The notes under the pieces were generated by a model, which did no database searches, was not told the DNA's origin, and was given only the letters and a program-made list of their open reading frames with translations. From Alphaproteobacteria bacterium (GTDB lineage: Bacteria > Pseudomonadota > Alphaproteobacteria > RF32 > CAG-239): a stretch of 64,000 nucleotides of DNA. A program made the position numbers and the translations under genes. The stretch's first letter is position 1. Each line of letters starts with the position of its first letter. The stretch is taken from positions 11,258 to 75,257 of the forward strand of contig SUUZ01000006.1 of the NCBI GenBank assembly GCA_015062235.1. Direction: 5' to 3'. Below are positions 10,241 through 21,721 of the stretch, in pieces.

Positions 10241-10859
10241 TTTTCAGTCCTAAAATGTGATAAACATCTTCGCCACATAGTTTATCAAAATAACTTTTTA
10301 GTTTGTGTGCTTGTTCTCTTTTATAAGAAATGATTTCTGCAGAAATATGGTATTTTTGGGCAATAAAATCTAATCTTTTATCAATATCTGTTGCGCTCCA
10401 TCCAGCAACGCTTAAATCGCTTATTTGAATCAGCCTATCATAATCATCAAAGGGGTTTTTTGCTATAATCTTAGCTGCACGTAGTATACAGTCAGCATCA
10501 TAAGAACAATAATTTTCTGGTGTAATCTGCTCATCAAAAAAGCTATGACTTAGACACGTGCGGGCAACCTCATCAAACCCCAAATACATCATCTCATCAT
10601 AACCAGCAGTTCCATGAAATAAGCGCCTATCTTTTTGCTCTTGATATTCCCCATAATCATGAAGCAACCCAAGTATATATGCTTTTTCAGAGTTAAGTAT
10701 TTTTGTTTTCTTGGCAATAAGTTTGGCGTGTTTTGCCACCTGCAAATAATGCTTGCGCGAAGCACCTTCTGGCAAACCATTTTTAACATTGTAATAATCT
10801 GTTTTTTGACAAACGTATTCGAAAAGTTCTTGTGCTTCCGCTTTTGTAGGTAATGTCAT
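10233..10859 (-). CDS. HD-domain phosphohydrolase (paralog 1)
   Basis: [12 protein letters not shown] motif. 208 aa. Confidence 0.6.
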   Translation of the reverse strand: MTLPTKAEAQELFEYVCQKTDYYNVKNGLPEGASRKHYLQVAKHAKLIAKKTKILNSEKAYILGLLHDYGEYQEQKDRRLFHGTAGYDEMMYLGFDEVARTCLSHSFFDEQITPENYCSYDADCILRAAKIIAKNPFDDYDRLIQISDLSVAGWSATDIDKRLDFIAQKYHISAEIISYKREQAHKLKSYFDKLCGEDVYHILGLKND

Positions 10860-10880
10860 ATTTCCCCCTCAAAGAAAGGA

Positions 10881-11501
10881 TTATAATGCTCGGATATTTA
10901 ATAATTGGTAAATATCTTGACCAGTTTTATCTTCAAAATAACCTCGCAAGCACAAAGCGTTTTCCATAAGAACGCCCAACAAACGCTTCGGTAAATTGTA
11001 TCGTCGAACAATACCTTTGAAGCGATTCTCAAAATCAACCTTTTGCATACCTTCAAAAAACATATCACAAAGCTGGATTAATCTATCGTAGTCGTCATAT
11101 ATTATTCCAGAAAGTTCTTTGCGTGCCCATTCGAGCCATTCTTGCGGATAAGACAGATAATCCTCATTATCAAAATCTTGTTTTGGGAAGGTGTGTGTTA
11201 GACAAATACGGGCAGCAACAGAATAACCAAGTTTATTTAACTCTTCATAGCCGCTTCGTCCATGGAATTTATTAACCGCTCGTTCATCATACTTTTTTCC
11301 ATAATCGTGAAGCAACCCAAGTATATATGCCTTTTCAGGATCCATGTCGGTTGTTGCCGAAGCAATAATACGTGATGCTTCTGCCACACCGTGAGTATGA
11401 AAAACATATTCTTCTCTTGTTTCAAAGGGTGTTGTTGCACAACGATATTCATACCCATCACGCCAAATTTTATACGCTTCTTCTCGTTTAGGATATGTCA
11501 T
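10881..11501 (-). CDS. HD-domain phosphohydrolase (paralog 2, tandem duplicate)
   Basis: [12 protein letters not shown] motif. 206 aa. Clear paralogy with the adjacent gene ([20 protein letters not shown] shared). Confidence 0.6.
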   Translation of the reverse strand: MTYPKREEAYKIWRDGYEYRCATTPFETREEYVFHTHGVAEASRIIASATTDMDPEKAYILGLLHDYGKKYDERAVNKFHGRSGYEELNKLGYSVAARICLTHTFPKQDFDNEDYLSYPQEWLEWARKELSGIIYDDYDRLIQLCDMFFEGMQKVDFENRFKGIVRRYNLPKRLLGVLMENALCLRGYFEDKTGQDIYQLLNIRAL

Positions 11502-13348
11502 TTTTTGACATATCCTAAAATTGCGGTAATGGCAGCTGGAGTAACACCAGGAATACGAGAAGCTTCCCCGATTGTAGAGGGTTTGACTTTTGACAATTTG
11601 GCAACCATTTCTCGTGAAAGTCCTCCAATTTGAGAATAATCAACATCATCACGCAAACGCAAATTTTCATCTTTTTTGAAGACCTCTATGTCTGCCAATT
11701 GACGTTTGATATAACCAGAGTAACGTGCCTCAATTTCTATTTGTTCAAATATATCTTCCGGCATAGAAGATAATTGAGGCCAAATTTGATTTACTGTTTC
11801 ACGTGAAACATCAATATATGACATAGCATTAAAAACCGTCCGTTTGGTACCGTCTATTTTTATATTGACACCAGCAGCTTCAAGCTCACGCGGCGTGGTA
11901 TAGAGTTCATCACACAGAGAACGATATTTTTCTAAAGCCTCTTTTTTGGCTTTAAATACACTGTATCTATATTCTCCAACACAACCTGTTTGCCACCCCT
12001 TTTCTGTCAGACGCATATCTGCATTATCTGAGCGTAAAAACAGGCGATATTCAGAACGAGAGGTAAACATACGGTAAGGCTCATCAACACCCTTGGTTAT
12101 CAGGTCGTCTATCATGACTCCAATATACCCCTCAGAACGATCAACCAAAAATTCTTTTCCGTCATCAAGGGCTTTATGAGCAGCATTTACTCCGGCCAAA
12201 AGCCCTTGCGCGGCTGCTTCTTCATACCCAGTCGTTCCATTTATTTGTCCCGCCAAAAACAATCCAGAAACCTTTTTGCATTCAAGCTTATTGTTTAATT
12301 CTTGAGGATCAACATAATCATATTCTATAGCGTATGCGGGGCGTAAAATCCTAACATTTTCTAACCCCTCCATAGTGTGAACAAATTGCTCTTGAACATC
12401 TGCTGGTAAAGATGTGGATATTCCATTAGGATAAACAACATCGCAATTTAATCCTTCTGGCTCCAAAAATATCTGATGACTTGTACGATCAGCAAATTTA
12501 ACAAGTTTATCCTCAATACTCGGGCAATAACGCGGACCTATTCCAGTTATCAATCCAGAAAACAAGGCACATTTTGAAAAATTATTACGAATTATTTGAT
12601 GCGTATGCTCGTTAGTATGAGTTATGTAACACTTAATTTGCGGATTAGTTATTTCCTTGGTCAAGTAAGAAAAAGGTTGCGGCTTAGCATCTCCTTCTTG
12701 CTCTGACAATATATTCCAATTTATTGTTTTGCCATCTAAGCGGGCAGGGGTTCCAGTTTTCAAACGGCCTATTTTGAGTCCGCAAGACTTTAAATACGGT
12801 GTTATTCCTTCGCAAGTAACATCATTAACACGCCCTCCTATTGATGTTTCGTGACCAATAAACATAACCCCATTTAAAAAGGTACCTGAAGTTAAAACTA
12901 CGGATTTGGCTTTAATTATTGTTTCGTCAGACAGTTTAATACCGCAAATTTTATTATTATCAAAAACAAACCCTTCAACAGATGCTTCTATTAAATCAAG
13001 GTTTGTCTGTTCGCGTAAATATTGTAACATATATTTTTTATATAGCTCTCTATCTGCTTGAGCGCGAGGCCCTCTGACAGCAGGACCTTTTGAAGCGTTA
13101 AGCATACGAAATTGAATGCCTGCTTTGTCAATAACACGCCCCATTAATCCGTCAAGAGCATCTATTTCTCTTACTAAATGCCCTTTACCTAAACCCCCAA
13201 TTGCTGGATTACAAGACATTTCACCAATTGTTGATATTTTATGTGTTATTAATGCGGTTTTTGCTCCAATACGCGCAGAAGCAGAACATGCTTCACATCC
13301 TGCGTGTCCGCCACCAACCACAATAACGTCATAGTTTTGATTATTCAT
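11498..13348 (-). CDS. mnmG: tRNA uridine 5-carboxymethylaminomethyl modification enzyme MnmG (GidA)
   Basis: FAD-binding [15 protein letters not shown]. Full-length about 616 aa. Start taken at the internal MNNQNYD (ATG at 13348); the track ORF extends 19 codons further. Confidence 0.95.
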   Translation of the reverse strand: MNNQNYDVIVVGGGHAGCEACSASARIGAKTALITHKISTIGEMSCNPAIGGLGKGHLVREIDALDGLMGRVIDKAGIQFRMLNASKGPAVRGPRAQADRELYKKYMLQYLREQTNLDLIEASVEGFVFDNNKICGIKLSDETIIKAKSVVLTSGTFLNGVMFIGHETSIGGRVNDVTCEGITPYLKSCGLKIGRLKTGTPARLDGKTINWNILSEQEGDAKPQPFSYLTKEITNPQIKCYITHTNEHTHQIIRNNFSKCALFSGLITGIGPRYCPSIEDKLVKFADRTSHQIFLEPEGLNCDVVYPNGISTSLPADVQEQFVHTMEGLENVRILRPAYAIEYDYVDPQELNNKLECKKVSGLFLAGQINGTTGYEEAAAQGLLAGVNAAHKALDDGKEFLVDRSEGYIGVMIDDLITKGVDEPYRMFTSRSEYRLFLRSDNADMRLTEKGWQTGCVGEYRYSVFKAKKEALEKYRSLCDELYTTPRELEAAGVNIKIDGTKRTVFNAMSYIDVSRETVNQIWPQLSSMPEDIFEQIEIEARYSGYIKRQLADIEVFKKDENLRLRDDVDYSQIGGLSREMVAKLSKVKPSTIGEASRIPGVTPAAITAILGYVKK

Positions 13349-13420
13349 TATTTTTACCCAAATTTCTTTTAATTGGGTTATAATATAACTAATAAAAGTT
13401 TGCAATAGTTTAAATCAATA

Positions 13421-14764
13421 CTATTTTCCAATACAAAAAGAACCGAATATTTTATCTAAAACCTCATCAATCTCTATTCTTCCTGTAATTTTACCTATTT
13501 CACGAGCTGCTAAACGAATATCTTCTGTTGTTAACTCTATTTCCTTGTTAAAATCGAAGGATTTAAGATATTCTAGAGTATTATACAAAGCTTCACGATA
13601 ACGACGACGACTAATTAACAATCCTGAATTTGATGTAAAACGATTGCTTATATGTTCTTTTATTGCATTAAGCAATATATCTGTACCAATATTTTGTTTT
13701 GCAGAAACAACAAAACAACCACTTTTTTGTAATTCAACTATTTGAGAAGGATTAAGTTTATCTTGTTTATTGGCAACAACAAACACTTTATTTTCAAACT
13801 CTTTTTTATATTTTTCAATACATTGAACAGAGTCTATTGAAGCATCAAATAAAAAAATTACTAAATCAGCCTGTTTAGCCTTATCATAAGCAATCTTAAT
13901 CCCTTTTTGTTCTATTTCTTCAGTTGTTTCACGTAAACCTGCTGTGTCTGTAAACACAACAGGATAACCACCTAAATCAATGTATATATCTATCGAGTCA
14001 CGAGTAGTTCCTGCAATATCAGATACAATCACAGCTTCACGACGGGCTATTTGATTTAATAAACTGGATTTACCAGCATTTGGAGCTCCTATAATAGCAA
14101 CTCGAAAACCTTCTCTTAATCGTTCACCTATACTATCGCTTTGTAAGTGTTCTGTTATATCTTCACAAAGTTTAAATACAGTGTTTTGCTTTTCATATAT
14201 AATATTTTCAGGAATATCTTCTTCTGGAAAATCAATATAAGCCTCTAAATGGGATAATATTTTTAAAAGCTGTTCACGCCAACCATCATATAAACCTTTT
14301 AATTTACCATCCATTTGACGAATAGCATATTTTTGCTGCTCAATTGTTTCTGCATCAATTAAATCAGCTAAGCCCTCAGCTTCAGTGAGATCCATTTTAT
14401 TATTATAAAAAGCTCTTTTTGAAAATTCCCCAGCTTCTGCTAAACGAAAACCCTTTATTTGCGATAAACTATCCATAACAGCGGCTACAACAGCTCGTGA
14501 TCCGTGAGTGTGTATTTCTACAATATCTTCTCCTGTAAAAGAATTTGGAGACTTAAAATATAAAAGTAAACACTTATCTAATAAATCTTTAGATTGAATA
14601 TGATAAAGTTTAGTAAAATACGCATAACGAGATTTTAAAGATGATATATCTATATTTGTCATACAAGAAACACTCTTTAGAGCCTCTTTACCAGAAATAC
14701 GAATAACAGCCACGCCAGATTTTCCAAAAACTGTCGATAAAGCATAAATTGTTTGATTATCCAT
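13421..14764 (-). CDS. mnmE: tRNA modification GTPase MnmE (TrmE)
   Basis: G-domain motifs GAPNAGKSSLLN, DTAG, NKQD. C-terminal CIGK tetrapeptide characteristic of MnmE. Confidence 0.95.
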   Translation of the reverse strand: MDNQTIYALSTVFGKSGVAVIRISGKEALKSVSCMTNIDISSLKSRYAYFTKLYHIQSKDLLDKCLLLYFKSPNSFTGEDIVEIHTHGSRAVVAAVMDSLSQIKGFRLAEAGEFSKRAFYNNKMDLTEAEGLADLIDAETIEQQKYAIRQMDGKLKGLYDGWREQLLKILSHLEAYIDFPEEDIPENIIYEKQNTVFKLCEDITEHLQSDSIGERLREGFRVAIIGAPNAGKSSLLNQIARREAVIVSDIAGTTRDSIDIYIDLGGYPVVFTDTAGLRETTEEIEQKGIKIAYDKAKQADLVIFLFDASIDSVQCIEKYKKEFENKVFVVANKQDKLNPSQIVELQKSGCFVVSAKQNIGTDILLNAIKEHISNRFTSNSGLLISRRRYREALYNTLEYLKSFDFNKEIELTTEDIRLAAREIGKITGRIEIDEVLDKIFGSFCIGK

Positions 14765-14933
14765 TTTTCACCTCTATTCTTCTTATAGAATTATTGTAAA
14801 AATGTTGCAAGTCTAAAAAAGGGTGTTTTTTTAAGTCTACATAACTTTTTTTTGATTTTATTAATAATGTATTATATAAATGTCAAAATACGCTTGTATA
14901 AGCTTCTTACGAACTTGTTTTTTTGAGGTTAAA

Positions 14934-15590
14934 ATGAAAAAACTTATAATTTGGGATTTTGATGGTGTTATATCTAATACAGAATCTTTATGGATATTAT
15001 CCAGAATGGATTTATTAAATAAACACCTAAATTTAAATTGGGATTATCTTACTGCTGAAAAACACTTAGGAGGAAGAAGTGATAAAGATAAAAAACAAAT
15101 ATTGAGAAATTTAGGTATAAGTGTTGATGATTTTATTTGGGATGAAATAAAAAAATTAGATTTAAAAAAAATGGAACAAGGATTAACCCTAACAGAAGGT
15201 ATTGAAAATATATTCAAATTAACTCAATTTGATCAATGTATTGCTACAGGTGGAATATACGAAAAAACAAAAATAAAAATAGAAAAAGTTGGTATAAAAC
15301 AATATTTTTCTTCGAATAAAATATTTACAGTTGATTTGGTAAAAAGAGGAAAACCAGAACCTGATTTATTTTTGCTTGCTGCCGAAAAAATGGGATATAA
15401 ACCTCATGATTGTATAGTAATAGAAGATTCTGTTGTTGGTATAAAAGCTGCAATACAGGCAGGCATGAATCCTGTCGCCTTTGTAAAATATAATACAAAT
15501 GAGAGAATTAAGGAAATAAAAAATATGGGATTAAAAAATATCTTTTATGATATGAAAGATATAAGAAATTTTTTAATAAATATTGTATAA
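14934..15590 (+). CDS. HAD-superfamily hydrolase (beta-phosphoglucomutase-like)
   Basis: HAD motif I IIWDFDGVISNTE. Start placed at ATG 14934 after RBS GAGGTT. Motif IV region IVIEDSVVGIKAA. Confidence 0.7.
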   Translation: MKKLIIWDFDGVISNTESLWILSRMDLLNKHLNLNWDYLTAEKHLGGRSDKDKKQILRNLGISVDDFIWDEIKKLDLKKMEQGLTLTEGIENIFKLTQFDQCIATGGIYEKTKIKIEKVGIKQYFSSNKIFTVDLVKRGKPEPDLFLLAAEKMGYKPHDCIVIEDSVVGIKAAIQAGMNPVAFVKYNTNERIKEIKNMGLKNIFYDMKDIRNFLINIV

Positions 15591-15628
15591 ATAAAACCCG
15601 CTATAATTTTTAATAGCGGGTTTTATTT
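15591..15628. terminator. bidirectional rho-independent terminator between HAD gene and rho
   Basis: AAAACCCGCTAT / ATAGCGGGTTTT 12-bp perfect stem with 10-nt loop, flanked by T/A runs. Confidence 0.65.
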
Positions 15629-16880
15629 AAGAGTTCATGTTAGAGAAAAAATCTTTATTATCTTTACTTATTTTTAATTTATCTAACAAAAATTCCATAC
15701 CATCTGTCATCCCCATTTGCATTAGTACACGGCGAAGTACCCACATCTTTGTTAAAGTGTCTTTATCAACAAGTAATTCTTCTTTACGAGTTCCTGAGCG
15801 TGTAATGTCTATAGTAGGAAATAAACGTTTATCTGTTAATTTTCTATCAAGAATTATTTCTGAATTACCAGTTCCTTTAAATTCTTCAAAAATAACCTCA
15901 TCCATACGGGAACCAGTATCAATAAGAGCAGTTGCAATGATAGTTAAAGATCCTCCTTCTTCAACATTTCTTGCAGCTCCAAGTAAACGTTTTGGTCTTT
16001 GTAAAGCATTTGCATCAACACCACCTGTTAAAACCTTACCTGATGAAGGTATAACAGTATTATAAGCCCTACCAAGACGTGTTATAGAATCTAATAAAAT
16101 TACAACATCTTTTTTGTTTTCCACTAATCGTTTTGCTTTTTCTATAACCATCTCAGCAACTTGAACGTGACGAGTTGCTGGTTCATCAAAAGTTGAAGAT
16201 ATAACTTCTCCTTTAACAGATCTAGTCATATCAGTAACTTCTTCAGGTCTTTCATCAATAAGTAAAACCATAAGATAACATTCAGGGTGATTTGTTGCTA
16301 TAGCATGAGCAATGTTTTGCAACATAACTGTTTTACCTGTACGAGGAGGTGCTACAATAAGACCGCGTTGTCCTTTTCCTTGTGGAGATATTAAATCAAT
16401 AACCCTAGTTGTATAATCTTTCTCACCACAAATAATATCAAAATTTAATTTTTCAGTAGGATATAATGGCGTAAGGTTATCAAAATTTACTCTTAATTTT
16501 GATTTTTCAGGTTCATCAAAGTTAATTTTATTAATATCAACTAGAGCAAAATATTTTTCATTTTCTTTAGGAGCTCTAATTTCACCTTCAACTGTATCAC
16601 CAGTTCTTAAACCATATTTTTTTACTTGAATTGGAGAAACATAAATATCATCTGGTCCTGCTAAATAGTTTGATTCTGATGATCTTAAAAATCCAAAACC
16701 ATCTTGCATAACCTCTATAGTTCCTTCACCTGTAATGGCTTCGTCTTCTCCGACAGTTTTTTTTAATATCGCAAACATTAAGTCTTGTTTACGCATGGAA
16801 GAAGCATCTTCAATACTTAATTCTTCAGCTTTAGCTAATAGCTCAGCAGGAGATTTTTGCTTTAGATCTTTTAAATTCAT
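15627..16880 (-). CDS. rho: transcription termination factor Rho
   Basis: N-terminal RNA-binding domain. Walker [12 protein letters not shown]. RecA-like core. 417 aa. Confidence 0.95.
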   Translation of the reverse strand: MNLKDLKQKSPAELLAKAEELSIEDASSMRKQDLMFAILKKTVGEDEAITGEGTIEVMQDGFGFLRSSESNYLAGPDDIYVSPIQVKKYGLRTGDTVEGEIRAPKENEKYFALVDINKINFDEPEKSKLRVNFDNLTPLYPTEKLNFDIICGEKDYTTRVIDLISPQGKGQRGLIVAPPRTGKTVMLQNIAHAIATNHPECYLMVLLIDERPEEVTDMTRSVKGEVISSTFDEPATRHVQVAEMVIEKAKRLVENKKDVVILLDSITRLGRAYNTVIPSSGKVLTGGVDANALQRPKRLLGAARNVEEGGSLTIIATALIDTGSRMDEVIFEEFKGTGNSEIILDRKLTDKRLFPTIDITRSGTRKEELLVDKDTLTKMWVLRRVLMQMGMTDGMEFLLDKLKISKDNKDFFSNMNS

Positions 16881-17350
16881 TTTTACCTTTATGGGATATT
16901 ATGTAGAAAGAAAAACAATTATAAGAGTTGTATATTGTGTTTATATGAAAATGTCAATTATTTTTATTAACATCCGAGAAAACCATAAGTATATTTAAAA
17001 AAGTTGTTGTTATTTGTATATTATTGTGAATGTTGTGAATTAAATTGTAATTAAGTGTTTTTACACAGAAAGAGTTGTTGTTAATAATTTTTTACGAATC
17101 CTAAAAAATATATATAGAATTATGTGTATTTTCAGAATGCTATATATTGAAAATGATTTTTTTATAAATTGTTAGTATATTATGTTATTAACAAGGTGTG
17201 TATATAAAAAACTCTTGTTTATAAGTTTGAAATTTAAATTTTAGACTTTGGTTATAGTTTAAAGTACTGTATCAATATATAGTTGTTTATACACAGATTT
17301 AAAGTGGTTTGTGGAAAAAATATGTAACTTTTTGAAATTTGAGAAAAAAT

Positions 17351-17935
17351 ATGAAATTAGTAGGTATAACAGGTTCTATTGGTTGTGGTAAAACAACATT
17401 AGCTAAAATATTAAAAAAACTAGGATATACTGTTTTTGATATAGATGCTTGGGTTAGAAGGATATATCATAATAAAGATTTCTTGCATAAATTAGAAAAG
17501 GAATTTTGTGGTAGTGTTAAAAATGGTATAGCAGATAAGAAATATTTACGAGGAATAGTTTTTAAAGATTTTGAAAAATTAAAATTATTAGAAGGATTGA
17601 TACACCCTTTTTTAAATGCAAAAATAAGAAATGTTGTTACAAAATATGCTAAAAATGATATTATTTGCTTTTTAGATGCAGCTTTATTATTTGAAAAAGG
17701 GTGGAATAAATATTGTGATATTATAATTTTAGCAGATGTTGATTATGAAATACAAAAAAATAGAGTTATGAAAAGAGATAATATAACAGCTGATGATTTT
17801 GATAGAATTAACAATGTTCAAATAAAAAATAGTGATAAAAAGTTGTTATCTGATATAGTGATTAATACTGATAAGTCTATTAATTTATTAAAAGTTGAAT
17901 TGATTGAAATATTAAAAAAACTGGAACAAATATAA
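17351..17935 (+). CDS. coaE: dephospho-CoA kinase
   Basis: MKLVGITGSIGCGKTT P-loop at the N-terminus. Stop overlaps the dnaQ start. Confidence 0.85.
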   Translation: MKLVGITGSIGCGKTTLAKILKKLGYTVFDIDAWVRRIYHNKDFLHKLEKEFCGSVKNGIADKKYLRGIVFKDFEKLKLLEGLIHPFLNAKIRNVVTKYAKNDIICFLDAALLFEKGWNKYCDIIILADVDYEIQKNRVMKRDNITADDFDRINNVQIKNSDKKLLSDIVINTDKSINLLKVELIEILKKLEQI

Positions 17936-18621
17936 TGGTAAGAGAAATAGTGTTTGATACAGAAACTACAGGTTTTGATTATGTAAAAGGTGATAGATTG
18001 ATAGAAATAGGAGCTGTTGAATTGATTAATCATATGCCAACAGGTCGTACATATCATCAGTACATAAATCCAGAGAGAGAAGTTCCTGATGATGCTGTAA
18101 AAGTTCATGGTCTTACGTATGAGATATTGAAAGAGTATCCTACTTTTGATAAAATAGCTGATAGTTGGATTGATTTTATAGGTGATGCTAAATTAGTGGC
18201 TCATAATGCTTCGTTTGATATGAATTTTGTAAATTATGAATTAAAACAACTTAGTAAACAGGAAATGAATTGGGATAGATGTATAGATACTTTAGAAATT
18301 GCGCGATCAATGTTTCCTGGAGCAAGATGTAGTTTAGATGCTCTTTGTAAAAGATTTAATATAGATAATAGTGCTAGAACATTTCATGGAGCTTTACTTG
18401 ATGCTGAACTTTTAGCAGAAGTTTATTTGGAACTTCTGGGAGGAAAAGAACCAAGTTTATTATTAGATAGTAAAAGTGTTAGTGTAAGTAATTCTGTAAA
18501 AGTTTCTGATGAGAAAAAAAATTATAGAAATCCTAGAACTTTTTATTTAGAAGAAAATTTTGAGGAAATTCATAAACAGTTTTTAGAACAAAAAATAAAA
18601 AATCCTATTTGGAATAATTGA
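17935..18621 (+). CDS. dnaQ: DNA polymerase III epsilon subunit (3'-5' exonuclease)
   Basis: Exo I VFDTETTG. Exo II HNASFDMNFV. Exo III FHGALLDAELLAEVY. Confidence 0.9.
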   Translation: MVREIVFDTETTGFDYVKGDRLIEIGAVELINHMPTGRTYHQYINPEREVPDDAVKVHGLTYEILKEYPTFDKIADSWIDFIGDAKLVAHNASFDMNFVNYELKQLSKQEMNWDRCIDTLEIARSMFPGARCSLDALCKRFNIDNSARTFHGALLDAELLAEVYLELLGGKEPSLLLDSKSVSVSNSVKVSDEKKNYRNPRTFYLEENFEEIHKQFLEQKIKNPIWNN

Positions 18622-18689
18622 TTTTAATTGATTTAATTTTTTTGTTTGGTAAATTTGACTCGTTTGTGAAAATATAAGGAGCTTTTGAT

Positions 18690-19352
18690 GTGGTTTTAGG
18701 TAAAAACATAATTATTTATGATTTAGATGATACTTTATATAATAAAACTCAAGAATTTGCAAATATTTTAGATACAACAATGGCAGAGGCTTTAGTTTAT
18801 GATTTGGGTCTAAAAATGGATATATCTAAAGCGAAAGAGTTGGTTACAGAATCTTATAGAATATACAGGGATGGTGGAGAAATATTTTATAGAGACTATA
18901 ATATAAAACCACAGGATTTATTTATAGCTTATCATAAACGTAAACCTGTTGAAAAAATAGTACCTTACAATAATTTAATTGATAAGATAAAAAAAGTTCC
19001 AGCTAATCAATATATATTTACAGCTAGTGATAGGTATGCATCCGAAAAAATATTAAAACATCTTGGTTTGTTTGAGTTTTTTAAGGATAGATATTTTTCG
19101 GTTGAGGATTTTGGTGTTTTTAAGAAAAATGAAAATGCTGATGTTTATTATAAATTTTGTGAAAAAATAAAAGTTTCTCCAAGAGATTGTGTTTTTGTTG
19201 ACGATAGTTATTCTAATTTAGAATTTGCTAAAGAGGCAGGGATGACAACTGTTAGAATTTATTATGGAAATAATTCAGCTAAAGATAAGAAATATATAGA
19301 TTATGCTTATAAAGGAATATTGAGTTTTTTAGATGATATTTTAGAAAACTAA
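18690..19352 (+). CDS. HAD-like hydrolase (pyrimidine 5'-nucleotidase-like)
   Basis: IIYDLDDTLY HAD motif I. C-terminal VFVDDS motif. GTG start with AAGGAG RBS. Confidence 0.55.
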   Translation: MVLGKNIIIYDLDDTLYNKTQEFANILDTTMAEALVYDLGLKMDISKAKELVTESYRIYRDGGEIFYRDYNIKPQDLFIAYHKRKPVEKIVPYNNLIDKIKKVPANQYIFTASDRYASEKILKHLGLFEFFKDRYFSVEDFGVFKKNENADVYYKFCEKIKVSPRDCVFVDDSYSNLEFAKEAGMTTVRIYYGNNSAKDKKYIDYAYKGILSFLDDILEN

Positions 19353-19358
19353 AAAACA

Positions 19359-20018
19359 CTAAAGACAAAGAGAATTTTCATAATGGTAATTGTTTGGATT
19401 ATCAAGTTTTTGTTGTTCTGTTAACATTTCTTTTTTTATATAATTAACTAAGGGTGTTAGTTTTTTATTATATATCTTTGTCAACTCAGCTGTTGCATTT
19501 TTTATATTATTTATATCTGATACATGGATAGGTCTTATCTTTTTTATGATAGATGTTACTGATTTTTTGAATAAAGGTAAATAATATTCTAAAGTTGATT
19601 TATTAATCTGTTGATGTACTTTTTCATGTCTTAAAACAACGTTATATTGGCAGGAATTTTGGGATAATTCTTTTGACAGATATATTGTAGGATTTTCTAA
19701 GCCTAAAAATATGATAACCTCTGTTGGTGTTACACAAAATTCAGAATTTCCCATGATATTACTAAAAGTGTTAATTGTTATATCGAAATTAACATTAACG
19801 GTTGATAATCCTGATGCAAATAAACCTGTTTCTACGAGATTAAATTTTTTTGCTATATTTGTTATTTCTTTAGTGGTTTTAGAGGTATCATAGTTTAATT
19901 TTCCATAAGATGATTTTATAGTTATTTTAGGATCAACATTTAAAAAGCTACAATCAGCTGCTAAAGAACTAGAGCTAATGAAAAAAAATGTTGTTAATAT
20001 AAAAAAAAGATTTTTCAT
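19359..20018 (-). CDS. secreted hypothetical protein
   Basis: N-terminal signal peptide MKNLFFILTTFFFISSSSLAADCS. No conserved motifs. Confidence 0.4.
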   Translation of the reverse strand: MKNLFFILTTFFFISSSSLAADCSFLNVDPKITIKSSYGKLNYDTSKTTKEITNIAKKFNLVETGLFASGLSTVNVNFDITINTFSNIMGNSEFCVTPTEVIIFLGLENPTIYLSKELSQNSCQYNVVLRHEKVHQQINKSTLEYYLPLFKKSVTSIIKKIRPIHVSDINNIKNATAELTKIYNKKLTPLVNYIKKEMLTEQQKLDNPNNYHYENSLCL

Positions 20019-20065
20019 AATATAATCATTTTAGAGGTTATTAGTTAAATTATGGTTGATGAAGT

Positions 20066-20485
20066 ATGAAAAAAGGAATAGTTGTTGTTTTATTTTTTGT
20101 TGTGTTTTCTTTTTTAGCAGATGCTCATTATGTTAGAAAAGTAAGAGAGCCTGATTTTTTTATTCCAGAGGCTGATAGAATGCATAAACCAGAAGTTATA
20201 CCGAAAATAAGATATGTTCAAGAAAACAAAAAAGAAATAAAAACCGAAGAGAACAAGGTTAAAATGTCTATACCTGAATATAAAAATAAATATAGTCGAT
20301 ATATAGAAGATATGGTTGTTTTTGCTAAGAGTAAAGTTATGCCAGAGAATGAAGAATTAAAAAAAGATCTAAATTATATGTTGACAGGAGAGGTTTTTGA
20401 GGTAACAGAAAACGTTCCTGAGGCTATAACATCTTTACAACAAGAAGAGTTTTATAGGATAACAAATAAAATATTAGAAAATTAA
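20066..20485 (+). CDS. secreted hypothetical protein
   Basis: Signal peptide MKKGIVVVLFFVVFSFLADA. Lys/Glu-rich mature part. Confidence 0.4.
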   Translation: MKKGIVVVLFFVVFSFLADAHYVRKVREPDFFIPEADRMHKPEVIPKIRYVQENKKEIKTEENKVKMSIPEYKNKYSRYIEDMVVFAKSKVMPENEELKKDLNYMLTGEVFEVTENVPEAITSLQQEEFYRITNKILEN

Positions 20486-20952
20486 AATTCTATGGCATAT
20501 ATATCTGTGATAATCCATTTTGAATTTATATTTTTCATAATGTATACAATATTTCCATTGCATAATCCAAACCAATTACCATTACAAGAGCTTTGAGTAT
20601 ATACTTCTACAGTTCCATCGTTTCTAGGTGATAGTTTTGTTATTTTGTATGATTGAAAAGTAGGTCTTTTAAGACTATCATCTTGCATAAAAATAAAGGC
20701 TGGTAAACTATTTTTTATTTTATTACATTCTGAAAATGAAGGATTTAAAGTACATTTTACAGCGGTGTTTATTGTACAAATCATATCAGAATTACTAGAA
20801 CAACCTTCTTGTAAGTTGTTGACATCAAATGAAAAAACAGTGTTTTTATTGATGTTTTTTTCAGCTTCTTTGGTTTTTTCTGCTGTGTTGTTGCTATCGT
20901 GGCAAGAAGTTACAAGTACAGCAATTAATATGATAGATAAAAGTTTTTTCAT
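20482..20952 (-). CDS. putative lipoprotein
   Basis: Signal peptide plus lipobox-like LVTSC. Cys-rich mature domain. Confidence 0.4.
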   Translation of the reverse strand: MKKLLSIILIAVLVTSCHDSNNTAEKTKEAEKNINKNTVFSFDVNNLQEGCSSNSDMICTINTAVKCTLNPSFSECNKIKNSLPAFIFMQDDSLKRPTFQSYKITKLSPRNDGTVEVYTQSSCNGNWFGLCNGNIVYIMKNINSKWIITDIYAIEF

Positions 20953-21055
20953 TTTGTTATATCTTTACATGAAAAGGATTTGTTTTTATTAATATAGTTT
21001 GGATAAAAGAAAAAGGAAGAGTTAATCTTCCTTTTTCTTTTATTTTTTTATTATA

Positions 21056-21583
21056 CTAGAAAGCGTATTTTACACCCAAAGAGAATTCTGTAAAAGAATC
21101 AACGCCTTCTAATTTATCCATCCAAACATAACGACCGAGAGCACGAACAGCAATATCGTTTGTAATACTGTATTGAACACCAGCACCCAAACGATAACCT
21201 AAACCATTATCTTCGCCTTTACCATCGTCTTTTTTAATATCTAGATCGTAATTAGCAATACCTGCTGTTGCAAAAGCAGACCAAACCCTATCACAACCAA
21301 GAGGAAGATAAGCATAAGCATCTAAACCATATGTTTCAAAATCAGATTCAACACCACCATCTTCGTCTTCATCGGATAGTTGGTAAAAAACTTCTGTTCC
21401 AAAGAATCTGTTGTATTCTGTTCCTATTATAACAGAACCAGAATTAAATTTAGGTTCAACTTCAGCATCAACAGTTGTATAGTTATATTGCATGCCAACG
21501 TATGGTCTAAATTCTAAAGCGTTTGCGTTAGAAGTTAATGCTAAAGTAGATACAGCAGCTAATAAAGCGATTTTTTTATTCAT
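21056..21583 (-). CDS. outer-membrane beta-barrel protein (OmpA-like/Omp25-family small porin)
   Basis: Signal peptide. Alternating hydrophobic beta-strand pattern. C-terminal aromatic residue (…KYAF). Strong terminator hairpin downstream at about 21001-21050. Confidence 0.55.
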   Translation of the reverse strand: MNKKIALLAAVSTLALTSNANALEFRPYVGMQYNYTTVDAEVEPKFNSGSVIIGTEYNRFFGTEVFYQLSDEDEDGGVESDFETYGLDAYAYLPLGCDRVWSAFATAGIANYDLDIKKDDGKGEDNGLGYRLGAGVQYSITNDIAVRALGRYVWMDKLEGVDSFTEFSLGVKYAF

Positions 21584-21721
21584 TAAAGGATCCTCACTAT
21601 AGTATTAAGTTTTAATTACAGCTATACTATAGACTTATAAAAGAAAAAAGAAAAGTAAAAAATAATTTATTGTTTATCTAATATTTTAATGTTATTGTTA
21701 ATTATGATGTTGGAGGATGAT

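Noticed and set aside
16881-17338. 460-bp AT-rich intergenic region between divergent rho and coaE, as a candidate oriC
   Set aside because: It contains only imperfect DnaA-box-like words (TTATACACA), no clear box cluster or DUE, and no hemE or dnaA context. A long rho leader with attenuation is the more likely explanation. This cannot be supported without a DnaA-box scan and GC-skew analysis.
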